From Narcine bancroftii (Eukaryota): a DNA stretch of 64,000 nucleotides. The notes under the pieces were generated by a model. The model was given only the letters and a program-made list of their open reading frames with translations, was not told the DNA's origin and did no database searches. The DNA lies in the NCBI RefSeq assembly GCF_036971445.1, contig NC_091472.1, positions 203,856,001-203,920,000 of the forward strand, read 5' to 3'. A program made the translations under genes and the position numbers. Below are positions 47,601 to 58,590 of the stretch, piece after piece (the first letter of the stretch is position 1; the number at the start of each line of letters is the position of its first letter).

Positions 47601-50018
47601 CTTTAAATTGTATTAATGAATGTCTAGCACAAAGAGAAGATGAATGAAAGGAAAATAATATCTCAGGCAAACTATAACCTGTCACAATGAAGAAATACAT
47701 GTGTAAAATATGTTTAATCCTCCGTGGGGTTGCTCTAGAGATTTGGAATAACGTGTCAAATGGTTTTAAAATGTACACTCTTAGTATTTATATTCATCTT
47801 CTTCTAACATTGAATCATCTTCAGGAAGGGAGAAGTAATCCAGATCCACCTCCCATCTCAGGGAATTCTGAGCTGCCACATGATTAGCATCACAGGCTGA
47901 CAGCACATCAGGTGAAACACAAAAGTCTGCAGATGCTGTGATTATAGTAAAAACACACCAGCATGCTGGAGGAACCCAGCCAGCCTTTTCAGTATCCATA
48001 AAAAGCAAAATATATATTGTCGACATTTCAGGCCAGAGCCCTTCTTCAAGGGTTTGAAGAAGGGCTCAGGCCCAAAACATTGGCAATACATCTTTTGCTT
48101 TTTATGGACGCTGAAGAGACTGGCCGGGTTCCTCCAGCATTTCAGTGTGTTTTTAGTGTCATGTTTCAGGTAACTCATAAGGATAGGGTGCATTCCATGG
48201 TATACGCTCACTTGAAGTTAACATTTAAGGTGAAAACAGGCAATCATTTTAGAACAATTCTGTCACTGAGAGAAGTCGAAACAAAGAGAATAAAATAGGT
48301 GAAATAGGGACAAAATGAGGAGCCTCATTTATCCATACAAAAAAGTGGAAGAAATGTCAAAATTCTCATCCCTAAAAAGCTATCGATGTCAGGTCACCCA
48401 AAATATTTGAGTTGCGTGACTAACTCATTCAAGCAATTTCTAAAATGATGTACATTGACATTCAAGAACAACTATCAACATCAAATCACCACTGACTGAA
48501 CCATCAAGGGAGGAAGGAGTAATTTCAACTTAAAAGGAAATTCCCAAACACAGTCAAGTGCAATACTTCTGCTTGTTAAGATACAAAGTACATGACACAA
48601 GCCTACAATATCTCAGCAATTTACAAATAAACAGTGAAATTGCAGGGAATAATTCCAGCATTAATCTTACTAAGGAAAGCTTAAACATCTACAGAACTAC
48701 AATGATCCTACCCACTGTCCTCAACTCATGTTTTATACCAGAGGAGATCACATTTATCCCACTGGTTTTTCAAACAATACCTCATTAGTGTCCCAAGTCA
48801 TTTAACAGGAACATTATCAGCAGAATTGAATGCTGGGTGACAAACATGATCAGACTTTTGAGATGAATGGCCTTCCAGCTTAATGTACTTGATGCACTCA
48901 AATGCATTCATTTCAAAAAGCTACATCCAACTAGATAACGAACTCTTGGAACTACACTCTGATTCACAAAGGGGATGGAAGAGAGGCTGCCAGAGTTGGA
49001 ATCTGGAGCAAACAAAAACAACCTGGTGAAGGAACTCAACAGATCGAGCAGTATCAGTGGGAGAAAAAGATTCGCTAATGTTTTGGCCTGAAGCTTTAAT
49101 CATTCTATTTCTTCCACAGACGCTACTTGATCTGCTGAGGGCCTCCAGCAAATTGTTCTTTTGCTCCATCTTTTAAGAAAACATTTTGAACCCAAAATGT
49201 AGACAGCATCATAGAATTTTGCCCCAAACTATCGACTTTCATCATTCCTTCGGACCTGTCGTTGGTATTTATGGGGGGGGGGGGGGGGGTTCTCACTGCA
49301 TGGGTCACAGACGGATCTCCATAACAACTCTATCCTGCTTTTACCTGCCCTTGGTCAACCACGATCGATGGAGGCTACAACACAAGAGTACTAAAGGCCC
49401 TTTGGTTTAAAGTGAAAAGATAGGAAGTTAACAGAAGTGGATTTTCAAGAAGCTGGTGACCCCACGTTACAAGTTTAAATGAGGATTTTTAAGAATACTA
49501 ACACAATTGAACGGGTTAAGTATTTTTATGTTAAACATTCTTCCTAATGACATCAAGAGCTATCCCAGAACCTCACTGTTAACTTATCCAAGTCTACTAA
49601 CCAGCCTTCACCACTCTACCTGCAGTCTGGTGAACAGAGGATCTCACCTGTATGTACACTGCAAAAATGTACAGTAGCCAAGGAGTGACACAAATGGTAA
49701 TAAATATCAGGTAACTTCAAGAAAGCAATTAAGTAGTTACCTAGTTGCATGACCACACAAACTCTTTCCACAGTTATCAATGATGGTGGCTTGTCATACT
49801 TCGGCATCAAGTCCCTGCCAGTTCTCTATCACCTCCAAGGCACTGCCAAACCCCAGGCAATATCAGAGGCCTTGTTGAGAACCGTCTAAAATACCAGTTC
49901 AACATCCCCACCGTTCAACAATGATTGTGCAGTCTCAAAGCACAAAATCTCATCCCATTAATTCCCCTCCCCCACTGATCACCAGATCCCACCATGCTCG
50001 CCACGGCTAACTCACCAT
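14586..50018 (-). CDS. UFD1: UFD1, ubiquitin recognition factor in ER-associated degradation 1; complete 12-exon CDS, 924 nt, 307 aa
   Basis: Exons 50016-50018, 46752-46881, 45684-45716, 42926-43047, 35474-35604, 30594-30666, 28702-28770, 25807-25872, 24142-24192, 21000-21088, 19082-19163, 14586-14660. All introns are GT-AG with consistent phases. The translation matches recalled vertebrate UFD1 from MFAFNMFD to [13 protein letters not shown]. Confidence 0.96.
15690..16760 (+). mobile_element. CR1-clade LINE 3' fragments (two tandem 3' ends)
   Basis: [19 protein letters not shown]...[14 protein letters not shown]...[11 protein letters not shown]. The 3' segment recurs at 16450-16760. Confidence 0.85.
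17673..17910 (+). mobile_element. tRNA-derived SINE
   Basis: GGGCGGCACGGTTG...GGTTAGCG head and the family body (GTCTGCGTGGGTTTTCCCC). Confidence 0.65.
18060..18780 (-). mobile_element. CR1 LINE fragments
   Basis: [13 protein letters not shown]...IHLERV on the minus strand, plus CR1 3' UTR-like sequence. Confidence 0.65.
19082..19163 (-). CDS. UFD1: UFD1 exon 11 ([27 protein letters not shown])
   Basis: AG/GTGAGT boundaries, 82 nt. Confidence 0.95.
21000..21088 (-). CDS. UFD1: UFD1 exon 10 ([29 protein letters not shown])
   Basis: SHP-box-like [16 protein letters not shown] boundaries, 89 nt. Confidence 0.95.
22780..23005 (+). mobile_element. tRNA-derived SINE
   Basis: GGCAGCACGGTTAGC...GTTTGAATCCC head plus the family body. 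Confidence 0.65.
24142..24192 (-). CDS. UFD1: UFD1 exon 9 ([17 protein letters not shown])
   Basis: tttctag| and |gtaagt boundaries. EADH...LGFR matches recalled human exon 9. Confidence 0.9.
24420..25400 (+). mobile_element. Penelope-like element fragment (decayed)
   Basis: Remnant of the GIY-YIG endonuclease region (..[16 protein letters not shown]..), similar to 40950-41990. Confidence 0.6.
25807..25872 (-). CDS. UFD1: UFD1 exon 8 ([22 protein letters not shown])
   Basis: AG/GT boundaries, 66 nt. Confidence 0.95.
27400..28600 (+). mobile_element. Rex1/L2-like LINE 3' fragment, interrupted by an AT-rich insertion (~27469-27950)
   Basis: [10 protein letters not shown]... resumes at ~27960 as ..LSWTQH... 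and continues ..[23 protein letters not shown].. Confidence 0.7.
28702..28770 (-). CDS. UFD1: UFD1 exon 7 ([23 protein letters not shown])
   Basis: AG/GTAAGT boundaries, 69 nt, identical to the recalled human peptide. Confidence 0.96.
29200..30320 (+). mobile_element. CR1 LINE, internally deleted (ORF1 zinc-finger/esterase part joined to the 3' end)
   Basis: [29 protein letters not shown] and CCLPG-like remnants, followed by CR1 3' sequence from ~30000. Confidence 0.7.
30594..30666 (-). CDS. UFD1: UFD1 exon 6 ([24 protein letters not shown])
   Basis: 73 nt, preceded by a U12-type branch site, GTGAGT donor. Confidence 0.96.
31391..32390 (-). mobile_element. RTE-clade LINE, 5'-truncated
   Basis: [46 protein letters not shown]-terminal cysteine/histidine motif, GAA-type tail. 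Confidence 0.9.
33009..33176 (-). mobile_element. Short RTE 3' fragment with TSD
   Basis: Nearly identical to 31393-31550. TSD TGCACTTT at 33001-33008 and 33177-33184. Confidence 0.85.
33830..34060 (-). mobile_element. tRNA-derived SINE
   Basis: Reverse complement of the GGCGGCGGGGTTGGCGTAGTGGTTAG...GGGTTCGAATCC head. Confidence 0.7.
35116..35319. mobile_element. Tigger-like MITE (same family as 13985-14187)
   Basis: TA|CAGTAAACCC.CTGGTATC ... GATAACAGGGATTTTACT. Confidence 0.7.
35474..35604 (-). CDS. UFD1: UFD1 exon 5 ([43 protein letters not shown])
   Basis: 131 nt, ctccag| acceptor, U12 donor. Confidence 0.96.
37347..39290 (+). other. PEX7: PEX7 processed retrocopy (whole insert: 5' UTR, CDS, ~0.9-kb 3' UTR, poly(A))
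   Basis: Bounded by the 17-bp direct repeat GGAGAGGGAGCAGAGTC (37330-37346, 39291-39307). AATAAA at 39252-39257 and an A tail at 39280-39290. Confidence 0.93.
37414..38379 (+). CDS. PEX7: Peroxisomal biogenesis factor 7 (PTS2 receptor, WD40), intact intronless ORF, 321 aa
   Basis: [76 protein letters not shown] match recalled vertebrate PEX7 end to end. No stops or frameshifts. Confidence 0.95.
   Translation: MTEPIFIKTFRVPARHGYAVEISPYFPCRVACATSQYYGIAGCGTLVVLEQEEGGIKLFRSFDWNDSLFDVTWSENNEHVLVTGSGDGSLQFWDTAGPPAPLQVFKEHTKEVYCVDWSQRRGEHLVVSGSWDQTIKIWDPLVKDSVSTFQGHESVIYSTIWSPHIPGCFASASGDHTLRIWDIKTGGSRIIIPAHQAEILTCDWNKYDQNLLVTGAVDCTLRCWDLRNIRQPVHQLAGHSYAIRRVKFSPFHANILASCSYDFSVRFWDISKPGSVLETLEHHTEFVCGLDFSIHIPGQVADCSWDETVKIYIPPCLAFSH
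40950..42850 (+). mobile_element. Penelope-like element (RT C-terminus plus GIY-YIG), decayed, with a nested MITE
   Basis: [18 protein letters not shown]...[10 protein letters not shown]; [21 protein letters not shown]...[10 protein letters not shown]. Confidence 0.8.
41978..42489. mobile_element. hAT-type MITE nested in the Penelope element
   Basis: CAGGGGGTCCCCAAA / TTTGGAGACCCCTA termini. Flanks CTATAACG / CTCTAACT form a degenerate 8-bp TSD. Confidence 0.6.
42926..43047 (-). CDS. UFD1: UFD1 exon 4 ([40 protein letters not shown])
   Basis: 122 nt, ttccag| and |gtgagt boundaries. Confidence 0.96.
43600..44205 (+). mobile_element. Rex1/L2-like LINE 3' fragment
   Basis: [37 protein letters not shown]; homologous to 27960-28600. 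Confidence 0.8.
44845..45325. mobile_element. Two tRNA-derived SINEs in inverted, tail-to-tail arrangement
   Basis: Plus-strand copy at 44845-45052 and minus-strand copy at 45070-45325. Confidence 0.7.
45684..45716 (-). CDS. UFD1: UFD1 exon 3 ([11 protein letters not shown])
   Basis: 33 nt, tgcag| and |gtaagt boundaries. Confidence 0.95.
46752..46881 (-). CDS. UFD1: UFD1 exon 2 ([43 protein letters not shown])
   Basis: 130 nt, tag| and |gtaagt boundaries. Confidence 0.96.
46918..47680 (-). mobile_element. L1 LINE 3' fragment (ORF2 C-terminal region plus A-rich tail)
   Basis: [20 protein letters not shown] is typical of L1 ORF2 before the CCHC domain. The T-rich end at ~46920 is the tail on the minus strand. 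Confidence 0.7.
47948..48155. repeat. ~100-bp-arm inverted repeat (fold-back) made of Penelope-type terminal sequence
   Basis: Arms TAAAAACAC...GAGCCCTTCTTCAA and TTGAAGAAGGGCTC...GTGTTTTTA flank a 4-nt loop at 48050-48053. Confidence 0.85.
50016..50018 (-). CDS. UFD1: UFD1 exon 1 coding part (ATG only)
   Basis: gcaaccATG|gtgagt in a CpG-rich region, in phase with exon 2 (TTC...). Confidence 0.85.
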
Positions 50019-50019
50019 G

Positions 50020-50360
50020 GTTGCCTCAGCGCGGTTTCCCCCCTCCCTTCCGATGAGGCAAGACGCCGATAATCAGTTTGGCCTCTGATTCCTCGCTCCC
50101 ACCACTCCAACTAAACAGTCCCTGCCTTCACCGCGCTCCGCCGGAACCGCGACCATACCAGGGAGCCGGCTTCTATTGGCTTAGACCCATCTCGCGGGCG
50201 CTTCATTGGCTGCTTCACAGCGACCAATGCGGCAGAAACTCGGAAGCCCTCGCTGTTGATTGGCTCGTGGAAAGCGCCGTTGACCAATCTATGTGCCGGT
50301 GGCCCTTTAGTCTGCTTTTCCTTGGGCAGTGCAAGGTTTCCCCCCGCCCCACCTCCCGAC
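50020..50360 (-). promoter_or_regulatory. UFD1 5' UTR and CpG-rich promoter
   Basis: Five CCAAT/ATTGG boxes (50175, 50205, 50224, 50259, 50284), an ETS-like CGGAAG (50241) and a GC box (~50342). Confidence 0.75.
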
Positions 50361-51309
50361 GGATGGGAATGGTGAGGAGGTGCTGTACGTTAGCATAACT
50401 TTGGCTCTATGAGCCAAAGGAACGGATAAGAACCCACAGTAGTGCCTATTCTCTTATTTTCTAGCGACTCTAATAGAAGCCATTCAACCCTTCGACTCAA
50501 TGAAGGGTCTCAGAGCCATCTCATTGCGCACATATTATCCCATAACTTGTTTTCCGTCACCACCAATGCCCTCAATTTTCCTCCCAACCATCGGCTGATT
50601 TGCGGAGGAAATGAGAGTCTATCAAATTTGGAGCAAAAAAATCCCAAACTGCTGGAAGAACTCAGATTAACAAGAAACGTCTATGGAAGTAAAGGGATGG
50701 TCTAACAAATCGGGATTAAATTCCACCTGCCGGCTCTCCACTCACCTTTCTACCCTCCTGTAGAATTAAACAACTCCCCTTGCTTTCCATAACACCAACT
50801 TTTCGTCCAGTCTGTAAATTTACAAACCTCTGACATCCAAGTTGTTGATAGACATCACAAAAATAAACAGGTCCCAGCATTGATCTCTCCCATCATTACA
50901 TCCTTCAAAATGCACCGGGTGTTGTAGGTCGATTGGGTGGCACGGATTCATGGGCCTGTTACCGTGCTATATGTTTAAATTTAAAATACTCTTCACTTCT
51001 TATCACTTTGCCAATTTTGGATCCAAGCCCTGGATATCATGAGTACTGTCCCTTCTGAAAGGCACATTTCAAAGATCAGATTTATTGTCAGAGAACATTC
51101 TTTTTCCTGTGGGCCAGGTAGAATTTTCTACTTATTGGTAGTGTAAACTGTACTCATGAAAAAGAAAGATAAACAATAGAGAAATATAAACAAAAGCAAT
51201 GTAAACAACGTGCAATACAATTAAAAAAACATTAAAAATCAGTAATAACTAATGTGCAAAATAAGAGTCCTTAGTGGAATCTCTGATTGACTCCATTGTT
51301 TAGGAATCC

Positions 51310-52240
51310 ACTGGTAGAACAGAAGGATCTGGGAATACAAATACATAATCCCCTGCAAGTGGTGTCAAAAGTTGAAGAGAACTTTTGCATCTTGGCCTTC
51401 ATAAATCAAAGTAATGAGTTGGGATGTTATGGTAAAGTTGTATAAGACATCGGTGAGGCCAAATGTGGGTGTTGTGTGCAGTTTTGGTCACCCAACTACA
51501 GGATAGATATCAATAAGATAGAAAGAGTACAGAAAAGATTTACTAGGATGTTGCCCGGACTTCAGGACTGAGTTACTGGGAAAGATTAAATGGGTTAAGA
51601 CTTTATTCCATGGAACATAGAAGAATGAGGGGATTGTTATGAGTCCAGAGGACCCCAAAACCCAACAGCAACAGAAATTCACCAAGGCAAATGGTTACTT
51701 AAACAATAGTTACTTTTAATTATCTTTAAATATCAAAACAGGATCAAACTCTAATAAGTCTCTACAGGTACCCCCCCCCCACCCCAAAGCTTTTGCAAAG
51801 GTTCTTAGCACCGCCCTGACTAGCTTGAGCAGAGCTCCAGTATTTTAAATGAGATCTGTTCTGAAGTGTTTGTATGTGACCTACACTAAAAACCCTGCCA
51901 CACTTTATCTCCCAAAAACATATCTATATACAATATAAAACACAACATAATCTGTCACAGGATATTTGATAGAGGTATTTAAAATTATGGGGGGGATAGA
52001 CAGAGTAAATGTAGATCAGCTACTGAGAGTAGGTGAGATACAAACCGGAGGTCATGGGTTAAGAGTGAAAGGGAAAAAGGTTAGGGGGAACTTCCTCACA
52101 CCAGAAAGTGGTGGGGAGTGTGGAATGAGCTGCCAGCTGAAGTGGTGGATATGGCTCAATTTTAACATTTAAGGCACATGGGTGGGAGAGATATGGTAGT
52201 CTATGGACTGAGTACAGATCAGTGGGACTAGTCAAAAGTG
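51310..52240 (+). mobile_element. CR1 LINE 3' fragment interrupted by a solo LTR
   Basis: Homologous to 15850-16400. The sequence is continuous across the insertion. Confidence 0.8.
51635..51959 (-). mobile_element. Solo LTR (internally deleted) with 4-bp TSD
   Basis: TGTTAT...GTCACA, flanked by GGAT at 51631-51634 and 51960-51963. Confidence 0.8.
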
Positions 52241-52249
52241 GTTCATGAG

Positions 52250-52985
52250 TGAATTTATTGTTGTAGAGTCCAATGGTGGAGGACAAGCAGCTGTTCCTTA
52301 ACCTAGTGGTGTGAATCTTATGGCATCTATACCATTGTTTGCTGACTGGTGTGGATCCATGATAATTGCTGCTGCCCTCTGAAGGCAGCGTTCCCTGTAT
52401 ATGTACTCAATAGTGGGCAGAGTTTTTCTCATGATGTCCTGAACTGTGCTTAACGCTCAGGGGCATTGGTGTCTCCATACCAGACCGATCCAGCCAGTCA
52501 GCACACTTTACGCCATTCATCTGTAGAAATTTCCCAGGGTTTACGATGTCATACCAAACCTCTGCAAACTCCTGAGGTGCTTTCTTCATGATGTTATTAG
52601 TGTGTTGGGTCCAGGAAAGATCTTCTGAGATAGTGATTCCCAGGAACTTAAATTTGCTCACCCTCTCCACCTCTGATCCCCCAATAATCTCTGGTTTCCC
52701 CTACTTAAAGTCAACAATTAGCTCCTTATTTTTGGTAACATTGAGTGCGATGTTGTTGTTTGTGCAGCATTCAGCCAAATTTTCATTCTCCTCCTGTATG
52801 TTGACTCATTGCCCCATTTCATACAACTCACTACCACAGTATATCATCAGTGAACTTGTAGATGGAGTTATCATACAGAGCCATAGGTGTAAAGCAAGTA
52901 GAGAAGGGAGCTAAGAACACAGTCCTGTGGTGCTCCGCAACTGATGAAGACTGTGGAGTTGTCCTCACTAATTATGGGTCTGGAG
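52250..52985 (-). mobile_element. Rex1/L2-like LINE fragment
   Basis: ERVSKFKFLGITISEDLSWTQH on the minus strand. Confidence 0.75.
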
Positions 52986-53667
52986 GTGCACAAGAATGGT
53001 ATCGGACAGGCAAGCTTGAATTATGAAAAATTGGATAAGCTGAGACTTTTCTCCTTGGAGCGTAGGAAGCCAAGGGAGTAGCTTATAGAAGTTTATGAAA
53101 TCACAGGGAACATAGATAAGGTAAATAGTAACTGTCTTTTTCCCAGGGTAGGGGAATTTTAATCTATATGGACATTGATTTAAGGTGAGAGGGGCAAGCG
53201 GCGAGTGAGATCTTCTTCACACAGAGGGTTTTGGGTACATGGAATGAGCTGCCATTGGCAGGTACAATTTTACTGTTTAAGACATTTGGACAGTGTCATG
53301 GACAGGATAGTTATAGAGCACTATGGGCCGGATGCAGGCAAGTAAGATGAGCATGGATAGAGAACCTAGTCAGCATGGACAAATTGGGTGGAAGGGCCAG
53401 TTTCCACTGTTGACTCCATAACTTGTGTTGAGGAATATTTACCTTATCATAAGTCTTCGGCAATAATGAGAAACTTTCCAATTCACTGAAGGTTTGAGTC
53501 ATCTAGGTGACATCTGAATTCCTTTGTGATCTCATCATGCTGATAGTACAATTATACGAGACATCGACAAAGGTAAAATCACTGCGAGAGGCGGCACGGT
53601 TAGCGTAGCATTTAATGCCAGGAATCGGCACCTGGGTTCGAATCCCATACTGTCTAGGAGTTTGTAC

Positions 53668-54596
53668 TGTTATGATGGACCATGGACAGTTTTCTTTCTG
53701 ACCAGGGCCAGTGATTGACTGTGCAGTGGGAGAAAGGAGCGCGCGCTGAGTGGCGCGCCGGAGTAGCGAGCTGGGAAACTGAACAGCTGTGTGAACCGTG
53801 AGAGCCTTGTGATGAAGCCGCTGGGCTCGCTGAGAGCACGCCCGCTGTTGTCCACCCCTCTCCTTCAATCAGGAGTGCTGAAGACAGGCACCGCAGCAGT
53901 TAAACAATGCCCAGTGCATTGAGGAACAAACTGTCAGTGTGATCACTGGTAGCACCAGCAAAAAGGCAGGAGGCTGAACTGCTCTGTTGAAGAGTGCCAG
54001 CACCGCAGTTCTGACAGATTTTACAATCTGATTCCCAGAGCATGTGTCCGGCCTGTGCTTCTCCAGTCCCCTTACGAGAAGGAGAATTGGTGTCACAAAA
54101 ATCACTTGGTATAACCCAAGGCAGGGTTTTGGAGGAGCGGACTTCATGCTAGTGACTAGGAGGTCACTGTGAGAAACTCCCTTCTGAGAATACTGAAGGT
54201 GGTTGTTACCACACAAGAAACTAAGGAAAGTCTCCAGTATTCACCTGCCAAGGTCATAAGTCTGCTCCATGATAAGTCACCTCTCTCCATGTTCAACTGT
54301 GCACAACTAAACTAAGACATTGAAGCCTGGAGACCAGATTCTGTGAACTGTTCTTTTGACTGAATTACTTGACGAGACTGACTTGGGGCATTTGGGCTGA
54401 GACTGTAATGGTCTGAGTATTTCTTTCACATATTCACTATAAATATCCATTGTTAGCATATAGTTGTCATAAAGGCTTATGTTTGGATGTTGAGTTTATT
54501 GAGATACTTATATTATTGACAGTTGTTAATAAATTTTGAGTTAAACTTAATCCATCTGTTTATGCGTCTCTCAATTGCTGTTGGGGAGGTGTAACA
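53668..54596. mobile_element. Solo LTR inserted into a SINE
   Basis: TGTTA...TAACA termini with flanks GTAC/ATAC. The host SINE head (53590-53667) resumes at 54597-54745. Confidence 0.7.
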
Positions 54597-56439
54597 ATAC
54601 ATTCTCCCCGTGTCTGCGTGAGTTTTTCCCAGGAGCTCCGGTTTCCTCCCAACATTCGAAATGTACCTGGGGTGTAGGTTAATTGCGTGTAAATTGGGCG
54701 GCACAGACTTGTGGGCTGAAATGGCCTGTTACTGTGCTGCGTGTTTATTTTTTCTAAAAAGTGATAAAAGCAAGCTTAAATTATACAATTGCTTTAGAAC
54801 AGGATTACTAACTCCATATTCTCAGGATATTTGTTTAAAAGGATGACACCTTTGACCACTGAAGGGGTGAGTCCAAGCAATATAATTACTAACAAAACAA
54901 TTATCAGTAATTGTAACTAAAAAAGAAGAGGAGAAATCCGTTTTCTTCTGGTGAAAATGATTAGTAACAAGATCCACCTGCAATTAAACAAAACACAGTC
55001 TGCTGGAGGAACCCATCAGATCAAGCAGGAGAAGATAATTGTCAATATTACAGGGCAGTTTCATCCAGATTCGCACATCAGCAGTCTATTGTGTGCCCAA
55101 TAAAGATTATTTCCATGATTATTTTCCATGTAAAATATTCTAATTAAAGCATCAGTCCCCGTGCAGACAAGAATTACATTCTAGAGGTGAGATTTGGTAC
55201 CTTTAATGATGTGACATTTCACTGTTTTTAAAAAAATGTGAATCAGGAAAATTAATCTACTAGCTGGTATTTGAAAGGAAAAAGCTTGTGGTTACTTGAG
55301 CTCATCTGTTAGGAACATCCCTTTGTTCCCTCATTAATTTTACAATCAGTAATTTCTGTCAAAATTGGGATTATCTCTGCAACACTGACAGGTTTTCAAA
55401 TATTACTCTTCTCTCTCTCCCACCTTGACTGCAACAGAAAACTAGCTAATCACTTTCAAAGTTCAAGGGGAAGGTCTCAGACCTAAAACATTAAGTTAGT
55501 GTTCCCACCTCCCCAGATCCTGTCAACTTGCTTAATGAGCATTTGCAGTTTTTATTTCAAATTCCAGCAATGCAGTTTTTCTGATTTGCAGTCAACTACC
55601 ATCAGCTCCGTCCAGACTTTAAATGGCCTGTTGATGGTATTATTTAAAAATTCCGCGACTGTGGGATCTGCACTCAAGATGGCAGCAACCATGAGGGGTT
55701 GCAGAATCCGGGGAAGCAGAGGAGACGACCTACAGGATGGTGACCACTGTGGCTGAAGAACGCACAGGCGGTGAGCGGGCTGTTGGCAACTTGAGGCAAG
55801 GAACCTGTGCAGGCTGAGAGTTGCTGGCAACGGCGGTCGTGGTATTGGTACCAGGCTGTGGACTACTGGAGTCTGGGTGAAGGGGAATCAGAACCGGGAC
55901 GTGAGAGGGTGCTGAGGGCACTGAAGGTTTTCTGATCATGTTGAAGGTTCAGATCTGGAGCTTGGGCTCCCGATGGTTTGACTGGACTCTGTGTGGCTGC
56001 AGGGCTTGTGGCAGCACCGAAGGTGTATCCATGGACACATGGTGACTCTGGGGGCACTCTTTTAGTTCTCCTTGACTGTAAGAGGCACTTCAGTCTAAAG
56101 CAAATTCCATGTAATACTGCACTATTTTTATTACATGACTATAAAGGAATCTTAGTAATATTTTATCTCCTTAGCACAAAATCATTGGACCAAACATCTT
56201 CATTTGCTTTCATCAATAATCCTCTCCATAATTCAAGATTATTTGATTATTATCATGCAATAAAACAAAAACTGTGATTTCACATGAATTTTCCTTTAGT
56301 TGACTGCAAGGCAGACAAAATTCATCATTAGCAAAGTGTCCAGCGCTCCTTACAACCAGAGAAGATGAAGCAAAAGTCCACCTTGTTTCACTGAGTGTCC
56401 ATAGATTGAACTTCTAATTCAGACACTGTACTGACTTGA

Positions 56440-57160
56440 AATTATCAAGTTTATTGTCATCTGATTGCACAAGAACAACCCAACAAAACAGCATTCTCTG
56501 GTCCTCAGTGCAAAACACGCAAACATACAACCAGACATCACACACATACAAACAATACATATACAGGATAAGTATTTCATCTGTATAAATAAATATTGTT
56601 TTGTTCATACGAGAGTCTCCAATTATGAGTGTGAGCAGTTCCTTTGATCATTCAGCATTTTCACTGCCCATGGGAAGAAGCTATTCCTCAGCCTGGTGGT
56701 GCTGGCTCTGTTTCTCCTATACCTCTTCCCCAACGGGGAAAGATGCTGTGTTTAGGGTGGAAGGGGTCCTCAATAATTTTGCATGCCCTCTTCAGACAAC
56801 AATCCTGGTAGATCGCGTCAAATGTAGCGGGGAGGGGGAGTAGAGAGAGAGAGAGACTCCAATGATCCTCTCTGCTGCTCTAATGGTCCTGTGGATTGAC
56901 CTCTGGGCTGTTTCTCTGCAGCAACATTACCACACTGTGATGCAGCCGGCCAGGACACTCACGATAGAATTCCTAGAGAAGGTAAACATAATGGTGGCCG
57001 GTAGCCTTGCCCGCTTCAGTCTTCTCAGGAACTGTAATCGCTGTTGTGCCTTCCTGACCAGTGAGGTCCATGACAGCTCATTAGTTAAGTGAACTTCATA
57101 GAACTTTGTGTTCTCCACTCTCTCTACTAGAGTTGTTGATGTTTAGTGGAGGGTAGTCAT
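56440..57160 (-). mobile_element. Rex1/L2-like LINE 3' fragment
   Basis: VRKAQQRLQFLRRLKRARLP...SIVSVLAGCITVW on the minus strand. Confidence 0.75.
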
Positions 57161-57164
57161 TCCA

Positions 57165-57292
57165 TTACATATATACACACACACATACGTATGCGTGTAT
57201 GCATGTGTACACATATATATGTGTGCCTATGTATACATGTTCATATGAGTGTGTGCATGTACATATGTTTGTTTATATATGTATATAAATAT
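57165..57292. repeat. Alternating purine-pyrimidine low-complexity tract (CA/TA/TG)
   Basis: Visible dinucleotide pattern. Confidence 0.8.
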
Positions 57293-57349
57293 GAAAAGAA
57301 TAAAAGAGTCTGAAGACTAGCTAGGGGAAGAGTCCAGACCAACAAAAGT

Positions 57350-58590
57350 TGTTAATTCGATAAAAGGCTGCAGGCTCAACTGGTCTTTCCATTGTCTATA
57401 TATATTGCCGTTTCAGGCCTGAACCCTTCCTCAAGTTAATCAGAATCAGCCAGAAGCAGGAAATCTCATAAAATCTCCCTTCTCCCCACCAATTGTCCCC
57501 TTGAGACCTACCCCTGTGACCTGTCCTCACACCTCCTCCCTCACCATCATTCAGTGCTCCAAACTGTCTTTCCAAGTGAAGTTGCAGGGGTCGTCTACTG
57601 CATCTGGTGCTCCCATGAGACTGGGCGAAGACCGAGAGATCGCTTTGTTGAGCACCTCGGCTCGGTCCACTGCAATAGCATGGATCTCCCAGTGGCCACC
57701 CATTTCAATTCTTCACCCCATTCCCTTGCTGGCATGACTGTCCATGGTCTCATGCACTGCCAGAGAGAAACCATTCACAAATTGGAGGAATAACACCTCA
57801 TTTTCTGACTGTGCACCCACCAACTGGATGGCATTAACAATGACTTCTCTGGCTTTCATTAAAACCTGCCACCCTTCCCCTAACTCTGTCTCTCCCTTCC
57901 CTGTGTCCTTTTGCAAACATGATAAATTCTTACCTCGTCCATTATCATAAGCAATTTACACCTTCTGTTGGTCTGGATTCCATCACCAACCAGCATTATC
58001 TGAATTCTGAAACTTCCTGCTTCTGGATTATTCTTTGAAGAAGGGCTCAGGCCTGAAACACCGGCAATATATCTTTGTTTCCTATAGGCACTGGGAAGAC
58101 TGGCTGAGTTCCTCCAGCATTTTGGTGTTTTTATTATGGTAAGAGAATTGATTTTGGTTCTCAGAAAGGTGGTAGAGGGATAAAGGAAGAGAGACAGAGC
58201 TGGGGTAAAGGATATGGAGATAGAAGGGTGGTTTAAACAGAAACCTGAGAAGTCGATGTTAATGCCATCCAGTTGGATGGTGCCAGTTAGAAGATGAGGT
58301 GTTGTTCCTCCAATTTGTGGGTGGTCATAGTCTGGCAGCGCACAAGGCCATGAACAGATATGTCAACAAGGGAATGGGTTGGAGAATTGAAATGGGTGGC
58401 CACTGGGAAATCCATGCTATTGCAGTCTCTCCGATGTATCCCTTTTGTTCGTTTGATCTCCTCCCCCTGCCAGTCTTGTCTTTATTCTGCCGCCTTATTC
58501 CTTGAGGAAGAGCTCAGACCCAAAACATCAGTAATATATCTTTATCTCAGAGGGACACTGCAAGACCAGCTAAGTTCCTCAAGCTGGTTC
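57350..58590. mobile_element. Penelope-like fragments in both orientations
   Basis: VVYCIWCS..RRPRDRFVEHL.SV..DLPVATHFNS on the plus strand (57500-58130) and an inverted copy at 58140-58430. Confidence 0.75.

Noticed and set aside
53503-54216. CpG-rich stretch with 115-121 aa ORFs between UFD1 and CDC45 as a hidden gene
   Set aside because: It lies largely within a TG...CA solo LTR inserted in a SINE, and no protein similarity was recognised.
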